DNA of 64,000 nucleotides from Candidatus Heimdallarchaeota archaeon (GCA_030668825.1 DAOVET010000002.1:2571-66570), one strand, 5' to 3'; numbered from the stretch's first letter, positions 47,196 through 57,262 are shown. Numbers and translations are program-made. Notes: a model not told the origin generated them from the sequence alone.

Positions 47196-48611
47196 TTAAA
47201 AATATTTTTCTAGTTTCTTAGTAGAGAGAACCAGTACAATTAAAGAAATTGAAATGGTGCTGTATCTCTTCTGAGATTTAGAATTCAAATCAGAAGTAAA
47301 ACGAAGACTATATCTGTTCAAATTAAAAAAATCTATTTCTGATATTGGAATACGATAATAGTAAATAGAACTTGGTCCCCAAGTAGCAGAAGTTTTTTTA
47401 CTCCTATCAAAACTAGACCAAGCAAAATGGAAATAGTTTTCACTTAGATCGCAGTGAGCGTAAAATTCATTGTATTTTGATGTACTTGTTAATTGAACTT
47501 CCTCAAAACTCTCTCCATCGTATTTACCCAAGAATATGTCCATTTGATCACTATTGTTTAAGAAAGTTCTTCGTGTATATACAAAACGAAAAGTGCCATC
47601 TTCAAGAACGCAAATAGAGTCATCATAAAAAATCATGTTACCATAAAAGCTGACTATTTCTTGAGTAGTAGAATAAGTAGAGTTGAAAACTTTTGTAAGA
47701 AAAAGACGACTGATATTAGTTTCATGGCCACTTTCATAATAAAATACATTGAATGTGTTATCAGAAGGAATTATAGCTATAGAATATTGGGGAGGATTAC
47801 CTATTCCCAATTTATAAAGTTCCCAACCGTTTTCTGGCCAATTAATAGCTAAATAAGGATGCATATTGTTTTCATTTATATAGTTCCCCCATAGCAAAGC
47901 TATAGTAGAATTCACAACTTTGAAATCGCCAGGAGCTACTGAAAAATCATCAACGATTTCGGGTAACACCGTATGCATGAATATACCCTTGTTTTCTGTG
48001 CCATTGTAGATAACAGGTGTTTGAACACCAACGGTACTTCCATTTATTTGAAAAAGCTGATGCGTGATGAATGCAAACACAGCATCTCCAGAACCAGAAA
48101 ATAGCCAGTTTAAAACAGGTTTTCTCACACCTACGCTACAATTGTAGGGCACATTTTCTAGAGCTGGATGTTCCTCCCAGGTATTATTGATTACTGTTAA
48201 AACCTCCCCTAGATCGTTTTCATATCCAGTTGTTGCATAAATATAAATAAAAGGTCTTTTTTGTGGGTCTAATCCAATTCTTATTTGAAAAAAAGTACCT
48301 AAAACCATCGAATTAAATCTTGGAATGAAAGCTATAGTGTCTTCCTTGAGATTTAATCTGGTATAGATCAAGTCTATGTCGTCTCCGATATCAGATGTAG
48401 CATTAGAGAAACAGAAATGGGTTATGTTATCATTTTCTACAACCATGTCTGATAGAATACTTGCATTCCATAAAGCATTGGGATAAACATATTTATCAGT
48501 AATTGGTTTCTTTGGTTGTTCGATAACTAGGTAATATATAGGTAAAGCAATCGCAAGGCTAATACTTATTAAAATCCCTATTGAAATAACAATTCTCAGA
48601 TACTTTTGCAT
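47196..48611 (-). CDS. secreted protein (471 aa) with N-terminal TM/signal and hydrophobic C-terminus
   Basis: 'MQKYLRIVISIGILISISLAIALPIYYLVI'. C-terminus 'ISISLIVLVLSTKKLEKYF'. Many N-x-S/T sequons. Confidence 0.45.
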   Translation of the reverse strand: MQKYLRIVISIGILISISLAIALPIYYLVIEQPKKPITDKYVYPNALWNASILSDMVVENDNITHFCFSNATSDIGDDIDLIYTRLNLKEDTIAFIPRFNSMVLGTFFQIRIGLDPQKRPFIYIYATTGYENDLGEVLTVINNTWEEHPALENVPYNCSVGVRKPVLNWLFSGSGDAVFAFITHQLFQINGSTVGVQTPVIYNGTENKGIFMHTVLPEIVDDFSVAPGDFKVVNSTIALLWGNYINENNMHPYLAINWPENGWELYKLGIGNPPQYSIAIIPSDNTFNVFYYESGHETNISRLFLTKVFNSTYSTTQEIVSFYGNMIFYDDSICVLEDGTFRFVYTRRTFLNNSDQMDIFLGKYDGESFEEVQLTSTSKYNEFYAHCDLSENYFHFAWSSFDRSKKTSATWGPSSIYYYRIPISEIDFFNLNRYSLRFTSDLNSKSQKRYSTISISLIVLVLSTKKLEKYF

Positions 48612-48818
48612 TAGCTCACCTAATAGTCGTTCAATACATCTTATATAGCTTTTCTCGCATTCTACAGTTTGCCTTATATTAAAATTTCAAGATTATAAGT
48701 ATTATTTAGAGATTCTCTTTTAATTTGGAAATGTTTCAATACTCAACAAATCACTTTTAAATTTATAATCCTATCAGTATTGTTTGGAGATGATGATTTT
48801 ACAAGCACAAAAATTGTG

Positions 48819-50483
48819 CTATATCTTGCTTTTTCTTTTCGAACTAAATTTGAAATAACCAAATACAGCTAGTGGGATTAGTACAACTAAAGAAAGAAAC
48901 GAGTAGTAAATGTTATTATTTCTATAGATTGGAGGTTCAGAAAGAGGATAAAGGTCTTGTGCATTTGCAAATCCATCTATATAATAGCTTCCCACTACAA
49001 CAAAATAGTCAGTCCAGTAATTCCCTTCTTCTGATTCTTCATCGTACCAAATATTATTTACACCATCGTCTTTAGCTTGAGCAGTGTTAAAATATTGATT
49101 ATTTTCTATGAAAGAATTATGATGTATTGAATTATTCCTTGAGTATAAATCCAGAACTACTCCCCATAGAAGGTTTTCACTTAAAAAATTGTAACTAAGT
49201 TCATTTTTGGAAGAGCTTTCTAGAACTATACCTGCAAAATTTGAGTTACACGTATTATTGATGATCGCCATTCCTATGGAACCATAAGTATAGATTCCGA
49301 GATTCCAATTATCAGAGCAAAAATTGTTTTGAATTGTTCCTTTAATACAATAACGTAGGGTTATACCTGTATGAGTATAGGATAGGTTTTGGTTCAATAT
49401 TTGAATATTGGAACAATCTGCAAGAATTAACTGACCGTAAATAGGTTGGGTAATTTTTAGATCATCTAAACCCACAAAATAACCAAATTCTTTGTCATTA
49501 ACCGAATTATTTTGGACAATGTAGGAGTGATAGTCTTCTCTGTTTAGTTCATAGAATTCGAAACCACTTCTATACAGAGCATTGTTAGTTATTTTTGACT
49601 CCTCAGCATCGATTAAGTATATCCCAATTCCATTACCAGAACAAATATTATTGTCAACTGTTACATTCCCCCCATTTACTATGACAATCCCCATACCAGA
49701 GCAATGGTTGTTTGAAACAAAAGAATCATTGGATTCATAAAGCGCTATATTAGTCTGGCTATTATCTGTGCACAAGTTATTTACTACAGTTGATTTGTTG
49801 GATTGAGATAAACTTATGCCCCCATGGTAAGTATTTTCATAACATCTATTATCAGCTACGTACGATAAAGGTGATTCTTCCACAACAATCCCTCCCATAC
49901 TATTTGAATTGCAAGTGTTATTATTAATCAAACACGCTTCACTTAGGTCTACAAATATCCCTAACCAACCATCCTGAATACACCGATTGTTTTCAATTTG
50001 TGATTCAGAAGAGTTCCCAACATGAATACCAACAAAGCTATTATAGTTGCAAGTATTGTTAATTATTTTCGTGCCTGGTGAATGATTGATTCGAATGCCT
50101 GTTGCAGAATTTCCCACACAAATGTTGTCTTCTATTATAGTTGTTTCTTTCCTTACAGAATCTATAACTATACCGCCCCTATAAGCATCTACAAAACAAT
50201 TCTGAATTTTAAAATATTTAGTCGTATTATGGATATAGATTCCTTTATCCTCAGAGGTTGTTATGTTCAAATTTTCAATCCTGAAAGGTTCTTGAGGAGT
50301 CCCAGTACCTAATAATCCATAATCTGTGAAATTTGAATCATTTGTTATTATAATTGGTAATGAGTCTAAGTAAGAAAAAGAATAGGGATAAGTAGTACTT
50401 TCTGAAACAATTATATTCTGAACAGTAATCTCAGTTGAGCTTATTAATATAACTAAAATAAACATTTGATATAATTTATTCAT
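48819..50483 (-). CDS. secreted right-handed parallel beta-helix (PbH1) repeat protein with C-terminal TM plus basic tail
   Basis: Signal 'MNKLYQMFILVILISS'. Repeated 'NNxCxxNxxxGIxxxxS' beta-helix units. C-terminus 'FLSLVVLIPLAVFGYFKFSSKRKSKI'. Confidence 0.6.
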   Translation of the reverse strand: MNKLYQMFILVILISSTEITVQNIIVSESTTYPYSFSYLDSLPIIITNDSNFTDYGLLGTGTPQEPFRIENLNITTSEDKGIYIHNTTKYFKIQNCFVDAYRGGIVIDSVRKETTIIEDNICVGNSATGIRINHSPGTKIINNTCNYNSFVGIHVGNSSESQIENNRCIQDGWLGIFVDLSEACLINNNTCNSNSMGGIVVEESPLSYVADNRCYENTYHGGISLSQSNKSTVVNNLCTDNSQTNIALYESNDSFVSNNHCSGMGIVIVNGGNVTVDNNICSGNGIGIYLIDAEESKITNNALYRSGFEFYELNREDYHSYIVQNNSVNDKEFGYFVGLDDLKITQPIYGQLILADCSNIQILNQNLSYTHTGITLRYCIKGTIQNNFCSDNWNLGIYTYGSIGMAIINNTCNSNFAGIVLESSSKNELSYNFLSENLLWGVVLDLYSRNNSIHHNSFIENNQYFNTAQAKDDGVNNIWYDEESEEGNYWTDYFVVVGSYYIDGFANAQDLYPLSEPPIYRNNNIYYSFLSLVVLIPLAVFGYFKFSSKRKSKI

Positions 50484-50511
50484 TGTATACTTATCCCCTT
50501 TGTTATTTTAT

Positions 50512-50769
50512 TTATTGTGGTGTGATGCCCTCTATTGATAAACAGAATCCATTTCCATAATCATTCCATCTTGTTGGAGTTTGGTTTGCGTTGTAGTAAT
50601 TAACTGACCCTACATAATGATTATACCACCACCATGCATCTATGAAAATATAATCGAAATCTGCAGTTATTGAACCTGCATATCCATGTTCAGAAGGATT
50701 TCCATTCCAAGAATAGTGCAGAAAACCCTTTGGGGTTTCAACTTTTCTTAACTTTTCTTTGTTTTTCAT
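50512..50769 (-). CDS. small Trp/Tyr-rich hypothetical protein (85 aa)
   Basis: ORF 28 nt upstream of the PbH1 gene, 'DAWWWYNHYVGSVNYYNANQTPTRWNDYGNGF'. Confidence 0.3.
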   Translation of the reverse strand: MKNKEKLRKVETPKGFLHYSWNGNPSEHGYAGSITADFDYIFIDAWWWYNHYVGSVNYYNANQTPTRWNDYGNGFCLSIEGITPQ

Positions 50770-50922
50770 GAGTTTTTTTGATGTTTCACTTGTTCCATAA
50801 TTCTCTGAAAAAAAACTAAAATCTAGAAAATATTATTCTTGTTATTAGAAATTAGGTTTATGGCCTTTTTGTATAAATATTTATAGCTAAAACTAGTCAT
50901 TTATGTTTAAGGAGTGTTTTAA

Positions 50923-51729
50923 ATGGAAGAAGAATCTAAAGATGATTTACTAGAAGAAGCTGAAGAGGAGCTTAGTGAAGAAGTAAAGGAAGAACTCAAA
51001 GAAGAGCTTGAGGAGGAAGTAGAAGAGTTCAGTGAAGAAGAAAAAGAAGATCTCGAAGAAGAACTCGAAGAAGAACCTGAGGAAGAAATAGATGAGCTTG
51101 TAGAGGAACTTGAAGAAATTGCAGAAGATGAAGACGAAATAGAAGAGATCGAAGAAGAAGCAGTTGAAGAAGTAGTAGAAGAAGCTGTAGAGGATGTTGT
51201 CGAAGAAATTCTTGATGAAATAGATGAAGAAGTAGAAGAAGAGGTTCTTGAAGATATTGTGGAAGAAGTGGTTGAAGAAGCTGAAGATGAAGCTGAGGAA
51301 GTGCAAATTGTTTCTGAACCAGAATATAAATCTGAACCTGCGCCAGAAGGGATTCCAGAAGATATCAAGAAATTAGGTGGTAACATCCAAATTATTTTGA
51401 AAGATGTCGATGGTGATTTGATTCCATTTGGGTATCATTTACAGAAAGACAAACTAATTATCAAAGAAGATGAAGCAATGAAAGTTAAAATTGTGTTATC
51501 ATGGTTATACAAACAAAATAGGAGCGTAGAAGAGATTTCTGATGCCACAAAACTAAGCATCGAAGAGATTGAAAAAATACTCATAAATCCTTTATACTTC
51601 GGTAAGATTTACTTCGAAGGAGCACTTGTGAAAGGCAATCATGAACCCATATTAACTGAAAGATATTGCAAATTAAATGAAATAAATACTGATGAAATTG
51701 AGGAAAAATATCTTTCCACAAAGAAATAA
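50923..51729 (+). CDS. polyacidic (Glu-rich) protein with C-terminal serine-recombinase 'recombinase' domain and no resolvase catalytic domain
   Basis: The first approximately 130 aa are EExEEEL repeats. The C-terminus 'MKVKIVLSWLYKQNRSVEEISDATKLSIEEIEKILINPLYFGKIYFEGALVKGNHEPILTERYCKLNE' matches the large serine recombinase pattern (iL.NP.Y.G......G.HepIi..e.f..vq). Confidence 0.5.
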   Translation: MEEESKDDLLEEAEEELSEEVKEELKEELEEEVEEFSEEEKEDLEEELEEEPEEEIDELVEELEEIAEDEDEIEEIEEEAVEEVVEEAVEDVVEEILDEIDEEVEEEVLEDIVEEVVEEAEDEAEEVQIVSEPEYKSEPAPEGIPEDIKKLGGNIQIILKDVDGDLIPFGYHLQKDKLIIKEDEAMKVKIVLSWLYKQNRSVEEISDATKLSIEEIEKILINPLYFGKIYFEGALVKGNHEPILTERYCKLNEINTDEIEEKYLSTKK

Positions 51730-51840
51730 GATTAAGGAAATTTATGTGCGGAAGTCTTACTTCCTATTCCTTTTTTAATTGTACTTTTTAATTCTCAATT
51801 TTCGTACTTTTTCTTATTAGAATACACAGTTAAATTCTTT

Positions 51841-52158
51841 TTAGCTAATTCCTTCAGCTAATAAATCCCCAATTGTGTCAGCAGTCATACTAAAAAAGGA
51901 GATGAGATCCTCCTTTGAATGCAAGAGTTCATACAGATTTTTCATCGGTAAATCTTGTCCTTCATCATCAACAAAAACAATTTCATACCCTAAACCTTTC
52001 CCTAGGTTGCTTTGTTCTCTTAACCATTCTCTCTGTTCTTCAAAGAAATTCTGTAGAAATTCTTTAACATTGATTATATTACTTAACTTGTATCTAGTCA
52101 ATTCAAGTTTTTTCTCACTTTCTTCAGCATAGATTTTGAATACCATTTTCCATGTCAA
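51841..52158 (-). CDS. hypothetical protein (105 aa)
   Basis: ORF only. Confidence 0.3.
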   Translation of the reverse strand: MTWKMVFKIYAEESEKKLELTRYKLSNIINVKEFLQNFFEEQREWLREQSNLGKGLGYEIVFVDDEGQDLPMKNLYELLHSKEDLISFFSMTADTIGDLLAEGIS

Positions 52159-52341
52159 GTTTTACACCTTAGTTGTTTTCAACTACTAATGCTACATTTG
52201 ATATATAAACCGATGAATTACTTTCTCGTGCTTAAATATGAATCTACGCTGAATCGCTTATTGTAGCGTTTTTTCTGAACCAAAAACTATAAGTTTTTAA
52301 ACGTGCTTTCGACCACTAAAGTAGACAAGAAAGGTGATTAA

Positions 52342-52524
52342 ATGGGTCACGGATCGCTCCAAAAAGCAGGTAAAGTTAGAAAGCAAACTCCCAAAGTTGA
52401 AGGAAAAGAAAGACACAGTCCTATTCCCAGAAGGGGTCTAAGAAACAAATATGTTAAACGTGTTATTCTTGGTCGTTACGCTGGTCAAGCTCAGAGCATG
52501 GGAGCTAAACGTCGTTCCAGATAA
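52342..52524 (+). CDS. rps30e: ribosomal protein S30e
   Basis: 'GSLQKAGKVRKQTPKVEGKERHSPIPRRGLRNKYVKRV' matches the eukaryotic/archaeal S30e core (GSLARAGKVRGQTPKV..KEKKK..GRAKRR.QYNRRF). Confidence 0.8.
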   Translation: MGHGSLQKAGKVRKQTPKVEGKERHSPIPRRGLRNKYVKRVILGRYAGQAQSMGAKRRSR

Positions 52525-52555
52525 TATCTTCTATTTATTGAAAAACTGTTTTCAA

Positions 52556-54145
52556 ATGATTGATCGAGATAAAGCTCTAGTTGAAATTAAAGAAAGGCTA
52601 TTAATTTTAGAGGAGCCTAATAGAAAAATTCTGGATCAAGTCAAACGTGATATTGCTAAAAAATATAAACTGAAAGATTTTCCGAAGAACAGTGAAATTT
52701 TAGCAATTTGTGATACTGAAGAAAGAGAGTTACTACTTCCTGTTCTTATAAAACGTATTGTTCGAACTTTATCGGGAGTCGCGATTGTAGCTACAATGAC
52801 ACGTCCATGGGCGTGTCCTCATGGAAAATGTATTATGTGCCCTGGGGGCCCAGAAATTGAGAAACCTCAAAGTTATACTGGATATGAACCTACAACTATG
52901 AGGGGGATTCGAAACAATTTCGACCCTTATCTTCAAGTAACTGATAGAATGAAACAACTTGAATCTATAGGTCACTCAACTGAGAAAATAGATGCTATCA
53001 TCATGGGAGGAACCTTTACCAACCAACCTGTTGAATATCAATTATGGTTTATTCAACGAATGTTTGATGCTTTTAATGAAATTGATTCCAAAGACATTAA
53101 AGAAGCACATAAACTCAATGAAACAGCTGCTCACCGATGTATCGGTTTAACAGCTGAAACAAGACCTGATCAGATAAATCACGAGAAAATTAATCATCTT
53201 ATCGAATATGGCGTTACAAGATTAGAAATTGGGGTTCAGTCTGTGTTTGATGATATTCTAGAAAAAATGCAGCGAGGTCACGGAGTTAAAGAAACGGTTG
53301 CAGCTTTTCAGTTTATCAAGGATACTGGACTTAAGGTTACTGCACATATGATGCCTGGTCTTCCAGGATCAACATTCGAGAGAGATATTGAGTCTTTTGA
53401 AATTCTGTTTAATGATTCTAGATTCCGACCTGATGAGCTTAAAATCTACCCAACCATGGTAATTCCTGGAACTAAACTTTTCCAAGATTTTCAAAATGGA
53501 GAATATGAACCCTTAACTAACGAATCTGCTGCAAATTTAATTGCTAAAATAAAAGAATTAATTCCTCCTTATGTAAGAATCAAGAGAGTGCTTAGGGACA
53601 TACCTGCACATCAAATAGCTGCAGGTCCAAATAAGAGTGATTTGAGATTAGATATTCAAGCTATTCTCGAAAAACAAGGAAAGAAATGCCAGTGTATTCG
53701 TTGCAGAGAAGTAGGTCATATCATTTATAAAAAAGGAATAAAAATAGATCAGTCAAAGATTGAGTTAATTGAGCGGTCATATGAAGCCAGTGAAGGAGTC
53801 GAACATTTTCTATCTTTTGAAGAGACACAATGTGATGCCCTTATTGGATTTTTAAGATTAAGAGAGCTAAGTGATAACATTATTCGTCCAGAGTTTGACA
53901 AATCTACGATTATTGTAAGAGAACTACATGTATATGGGGAACTTCGAGGTTTGCAGGCTTTGAAACGTGGTTCCCTACAATGGCAACATAGAGGGTATGG
54001 AAAAAAGTTACTTTCAAGAGCAGAAGAAATTGGGAAAGAAAAAGATTATTCTAAGATTTCAGTAATTTCTGGTGTTGGAGTAAGAGAATACTATCAAAAA
54101 CAAGGATATGCAAAGGATGGCCCCTATATGTCAAAAAAATTGTAA
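52556..54145 (+). CDS. elp3: Elp3-like radical SAM plus GNAT tRNA-modification enzyme (archaeal Elp3 homologue)
   Basis: Radical SAM cluster region 'TRPWACPHGKCIMCPGG' and a C-terminal acetyltransferase-like domain. The track ORF starts at 52451 inside rps30e; the start at 52556 (MIDRDK) avoids the overlap. Confidence 0.8.
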   Translation: MIDRDKALVEIKERLLILEEPNRKILDQVKRDIAKKYKLKDFPKNSEILAICDTEERELLLPVLIKRIVRTLSGVAIVATMTRPWACPHGKCIMCPGGPEIEKPQSYTGYEPTTMRGIRNNFDPYLQVTDRMKQLESIGHSTEKIDAIIMGGTFTNQPVEYQLWFIQRMFDAFNEIDSKDIKEAHKLNETAAHRCIGLTAETRPDQINHEKINHLIEYGVTRLEIGVQSVFDDILEKMQRGHGVKETVAAFQFIKDTGLKVTAHMMPGLPGSTFERDIESFEILFNDSRFRPDELKIYPTMVIPGTKLFQDFQNGEYEPLTNESAANLIAKIKELIPPYVRIKRVLRDIPAHQIAAGPNKSDLRLDIQAILEKQGKKCQCIRCREVGHIIYKKGIKIDQSKIELIERSYEASEGVEHFLSFEETQCDALIGFLRLRELSDNIIRPEFDKSTIIVRELHVYGELRGLQALKRGSLQWQHRGYGKKLLSRAEEIGKEKDYSKISVISGVGVREYYQKQGYAKDGPYMSKKL

Positions 54146-54228
54146 GCTAACAAATTGTTTGTTTACAAAGCTAAATTTATATTTGCTTCTTCTTGATATT
54201 TTTTAGAAAACAAATTACAGGTTGGAAT

Positions 54229-55221
54229 ATGTCTCAAAGCAATCGTTTAGCAATTCTATCTGATGTAGAACAAATTTTCCATACTAATGGATATAGTATT
54301 GCTAAATTATCTCAAGGAAGTAAAGCCTGTTTTGATATTATTGCTAAAAAAAGAGACCAGCTTATTATTATCAAAGTTGAACCCTATATTGATAATTTCA
54401 ACCGTGACAATTCTTTTGAACTAAAGAACATTGCAACCTTTCTTAATGCATCTCCTTTAATTATAGGTGAGCGAGGAAGACGTTTTTCAGAAATTGATGA
54501 TGGCTTAGTTTTACTAAGGTATGGTATTCCTGTTGTTAGTAGTGAAACTTTTACCAATCTAATTTCTCATGGAGTACCTCCAATTATATATTGTAGTAAA
54601 GGTGGATATTTTGTTCAAATTAACAGAAAAATACTCCGTCAAGCAAGACTGGAAAAAAATCTGAGTTATGCAGATTTAGCACATCTTGTGGGAGTTTCTA
54701 GAAGAACAATTTACGAATATGAGCATTCCATAAACCCAACTCCTTCAACAGCAGCAAAACTGGAAGAAATATTAGATTCCCCGGTAGCACAAGGAATCAA
54801 AATCTTCAATATTGACATTGAGAAAGAAACAAGACCACAATATTCAACTGAAAATCTTTCGAATTTTAAGGAGGAAATATCTGGAATTCTTGAAGAATTG
54901 GGCTTTTTTACTCAATTTTGGACTCGTCAATCTCCTTTTGATGCTTTTGGAGAGCAACAAAACCTAGATATTCATAGTGGGATGAACATTCTAGTCTGTG
55001 TAGACGATCTTCAACAAAAGAATATAGCTGAACGCGCAATTCTTACCCAAGATATAGCTACTTTGACTAAAAGAAGAGCAATAATGATTGTTGAAGACTC
55101 TGATAACCCTCTAACTCAAAACATACCAACTTTTACTGTAGATGAACTTAATCAGATGAAGAAAGCTTTTGATTTAGTTAAAAATTGGGTTAAAAAATAT
55201 TCGAATATAAAAGAAAGTTAA
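54229..55221 (+). CDS. HTH (XRE-type) transcriptional regulator with N-terminal domain (COG1395-like)
   Basis: 'LRQARLEKNLSYADLAHLVGVSRRTIYEYEH' is an XRE helix-turn-helix. The track ORF starts at 54193. Confidence 0.55.
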   Translation: MSQSNRLAILSDVEQIFHTNGYSIAKLSQGSKACFDIIAKKRDQLIIIKVEPYIDNFNRDNSFELKNIATFLNASPLIIGERGRRFSEIDDGLVLLRYGIPVVSSETFTNLISHGVPPIIYCSKGGYFVQINRKILRQARLEKNLSYADLAHLVGVSRRTIYEYEHSINPTPSTAAKLEEILDSPVAQGIKIFNIDIEKETRPQYSTENLSNFKEEISGILEELGFFTQFWTRQSPFDAFGEQQNLDIHSGMNILVCVDDLQQKNIAERAILTQDIATLTKRRAIMIVEDSDNPLTQNIPTFTVDELNQMKKAFDLVKNWVKKYSNIKES

Positions 55222-55230
55222 GTTGAGCAG

Positions 55231-55914
55231 TTACTTTTGCCCAACAATCATAATGTGATCTTTTTCGTAAGGTTCTAAATTTACTGTTTCAATAATCTTC
55301 AGACCAAAAGATTCAATCTTATCAATTACTTCTTTGAATATTATTTTTGGATCTTTGGTTACATCAATACTTCTAGATTTTACAGCTAAAAAGAAATATC
55401 CGCCATCTTTAAGGTAGGTTTTAACATTAATATCAAGAATCTCTGCTTGAGATGGTTGAGCAACATCCTCATAGACAATATCTACTTGGGGAACTATGTT
55501 GCTATACTCTTCAGGAAATCTTGCGTCTGCATGAAGCGGTATAATATTTTTCCTTCTTTCAGCAACAACTATGAGATCTCCCATTGATCGAGCAGAAAAT
55601 TCTACTGCAAAGATTGAACCTTCATCGCCTAAAATATCCGAAATGTGAGATACGGTTGTTCCAGAAGCGGCACCTAAATACAAAATTTTACTGCCTTTGG
55701 TTAGAGGGAATGTTTTAAGTTTCTTGAAAATAGCTGCACCTAGTTTGCTTTTGTAGGGGTCAAAAGTCCGATATTCGATTCCTTCTTCAGTTAATAATCT
55801 CTCTGTATATACTTTCTTACCAGGATCAGCATTAATCGTTGCTAATCTCTTATTTCCGTCTCTAGTAGTTACCCAAAACAAATTTCCAAATTTATGATTT
55901 TCTAGGTTTGACAT
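55231..55914 (-). CDS. flpA: fibrillarin (C/D box sRNP 2'-O-methyltransferase)
   Basis: 'KILYLGAASGTTVSHISDILG' SAM motif, 'VDIVYEDVAQP', 227 aa. It lies immediately downstream of nop5. Confidence 0.9.
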   Translation of the reverse strand: MSNLENHKFGNLFWVTTRDGNKRLATINADPGKKVYTERLLTEEGIEYRTFDPYKSKLGAAIFKKLKTFPLTKGSKILYLGAASGTTVSHISDILGDEGSIFAVEFSARSMGDLIVVAERRKNIIPLHADARFPEEYSNIVPQVDIVYEDVAQPSQAEILDINVKTYLKDGGYFFLAVKSRSIDVTKDPKIIFKEVIDKIESFGLKIIETVNLEPYEKDHIMIVGQK

Positions 55915-55916
55915 TT

Positions 55917-57194
55917 TTATCTCCTCTTTTGGTAGGGTTTTTTATATTGAGGCTTTCTTTGACCTCCCTTTTGACCACCTTTGTAGCTTCCGCGTTTTTG
56001 CCCTGGTTGAGAGGGTTGAAAACTTCTATCAACCGGAGGTTGTTTGCCTTCAGGGGGATTCTTATATTTCTCTTTAATTTCATCTATTTTTTGTTCAACT
56101 TCAATTCGCAGTTGGTCTCCCATGAATTCTCCTTGAAAGAAATCTATTCTAGCAGCAATTGTGAGTCTTCCAGCAATAGCTCTGGATATATTACCTCTTT
56201 GCCACCATGGACAGCTGTGTATTTCGGGCATTTGATAGATAATACCATGTTTTGGTGGCTTAGCTCCAGTTTTTAATGCTCTGAAAAGAGCTTTTTCAGC
56301 ACCTAATAACTGAACTGTACTTGCTGGTTTCATAGCTATTTCTCTCAATCCTCCAGCTAAAGCAATTAACCTAGCAGCGATAGAAGACCCTACTATTGCT
56401 TTCATATTTGGAGCAATTCTTCCCATCTCTCTTTCTATCCAACTATCCAAATTCTCTCGTTCTTCATATAAATCGAGAGTTCTTTTCGCCATATTTTGTA
56501 GAGGACGCAAATCTTTATCCTCATAAGATGCTCCCATGGATTTTGATGCTAATTGAACAAGTTTCTTACTCCTCTCTATAGAGAATCCATAATCTTTGAG
56601 ATCATCTTCTGTAAATTTCTGTCTTGTTCCAATTTCAGTGATGATTTTGCAAAGAGTTACATGATTTTGTACTTCTTTCAAAATTTCTGGGAAATGAACA
56701 CCATACCATTCTCTTATTCGAGATGAGAAAAGATTGGTGGTTTTATCTATGTCATCCATTGATAAAATTGCATGTACTACGTTTTTATCAATTCTTTGAG
56801 AACTATAAGCAACGCTTTTCTTTGAAAGATTTATGCTAACATCTTTCAATAGTGCAGTATATTCTGCTTCGTCTTTGATATACTTCTTTTGAATAAGGAT
56901 TTCTGGAATCTTTGAGATTACAGCTTGATAATTTTCAGATTTAATAATGAGTTCACTCTTTATTCCCTTGCTTCTAGAAAAATTCTGAACGTCAGCTGAA
57001 TTAGTTTCAATAGTTTTTTCCTTTAAGTCAGAAAAAATATCTTCTAATTCTTCAGAAATAGTATATTTCGATAAGTTGTGGATCTTTTCAGCAATTTTTT
57101 CAGGATTCTTTTCATAAGCTGTAAACTCAATCAATTTATCTTGATTGTCGAATACAAAGAATCCTGAAATATTAGCTATGATTTTTATTGTCAT
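55917..57194 (-). CDS. nop5: Nop5/Nop56/58-family C/D box sRNP protein with extended basic C-terminal tail
   Basis: Nop domain 'GASYEDKDLRPLQNMAKR...LIALAGGLREIAMKPASTVQLLGAEKALFRAL'. Coiled coil. About 45-aa K/G/Q-rich tail '...KRGSYKGGQKGGQRKPQYKKPYQKRR'. Confidence 0.85.
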   Translation of the reverse strand: MTIKIIANISGFFVFDNQDKLIEFTAYEKNPEKIAEKIHNLSKYTISEELEDIFSDLKEKTIETNSADVQNFSRSKGIKSELIIKSENYQAVISKIPEILIQKKYIKDEAEYTALLKDVSINLSKKSVAYSSQRIDKNVVHAILSMDDIDKTTNLFSSRIREWYGVHFPEILKEVQNHVTLCKIITEIGTRQKFTEDDLKDYGFSIERSKKLVQLASKSMGASYEDKDLRPLQNMAKRTLDLYEERENLDSWIEREMGRIAPNMKAIVGSSIAARLIALAGGLREIAMKPASTVQLLGAEKALFRALKTGAKPPKHGIIYQMPEIHSCPWWQRGNISRAIAGRLTIAARIDFFQGEFMGDQLRIEVEQKIDEIKEKYKNPPEGKQPPVDRSFQPSQPGQKRGSYKGGQKGGQRKPQYKKPYQKRR

Positions 57195-57262
57195 CTCTTT
57201 TCCATAAAAACTGAAAATTAGGAGATAAAAAAGATTTTGATGATAATCTTATTTCTCATGTA

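Noticed and set aside
50919-51386. 155-aa poly-Ser ORF on the minus strand, and the 118-aa poly-Phe ORF at 50950-51306
   Set aside because: Both are antisense artefacts of the GAA/GAG repeat encoding the polyacidic N-terminus of the 50923-51729 gene.
52159-52341. Hairpin-like CTACGC...GTAGCG in the divergent promoter region before rps30e
   Set aside because: The arms are not true reverse complements on inspection.
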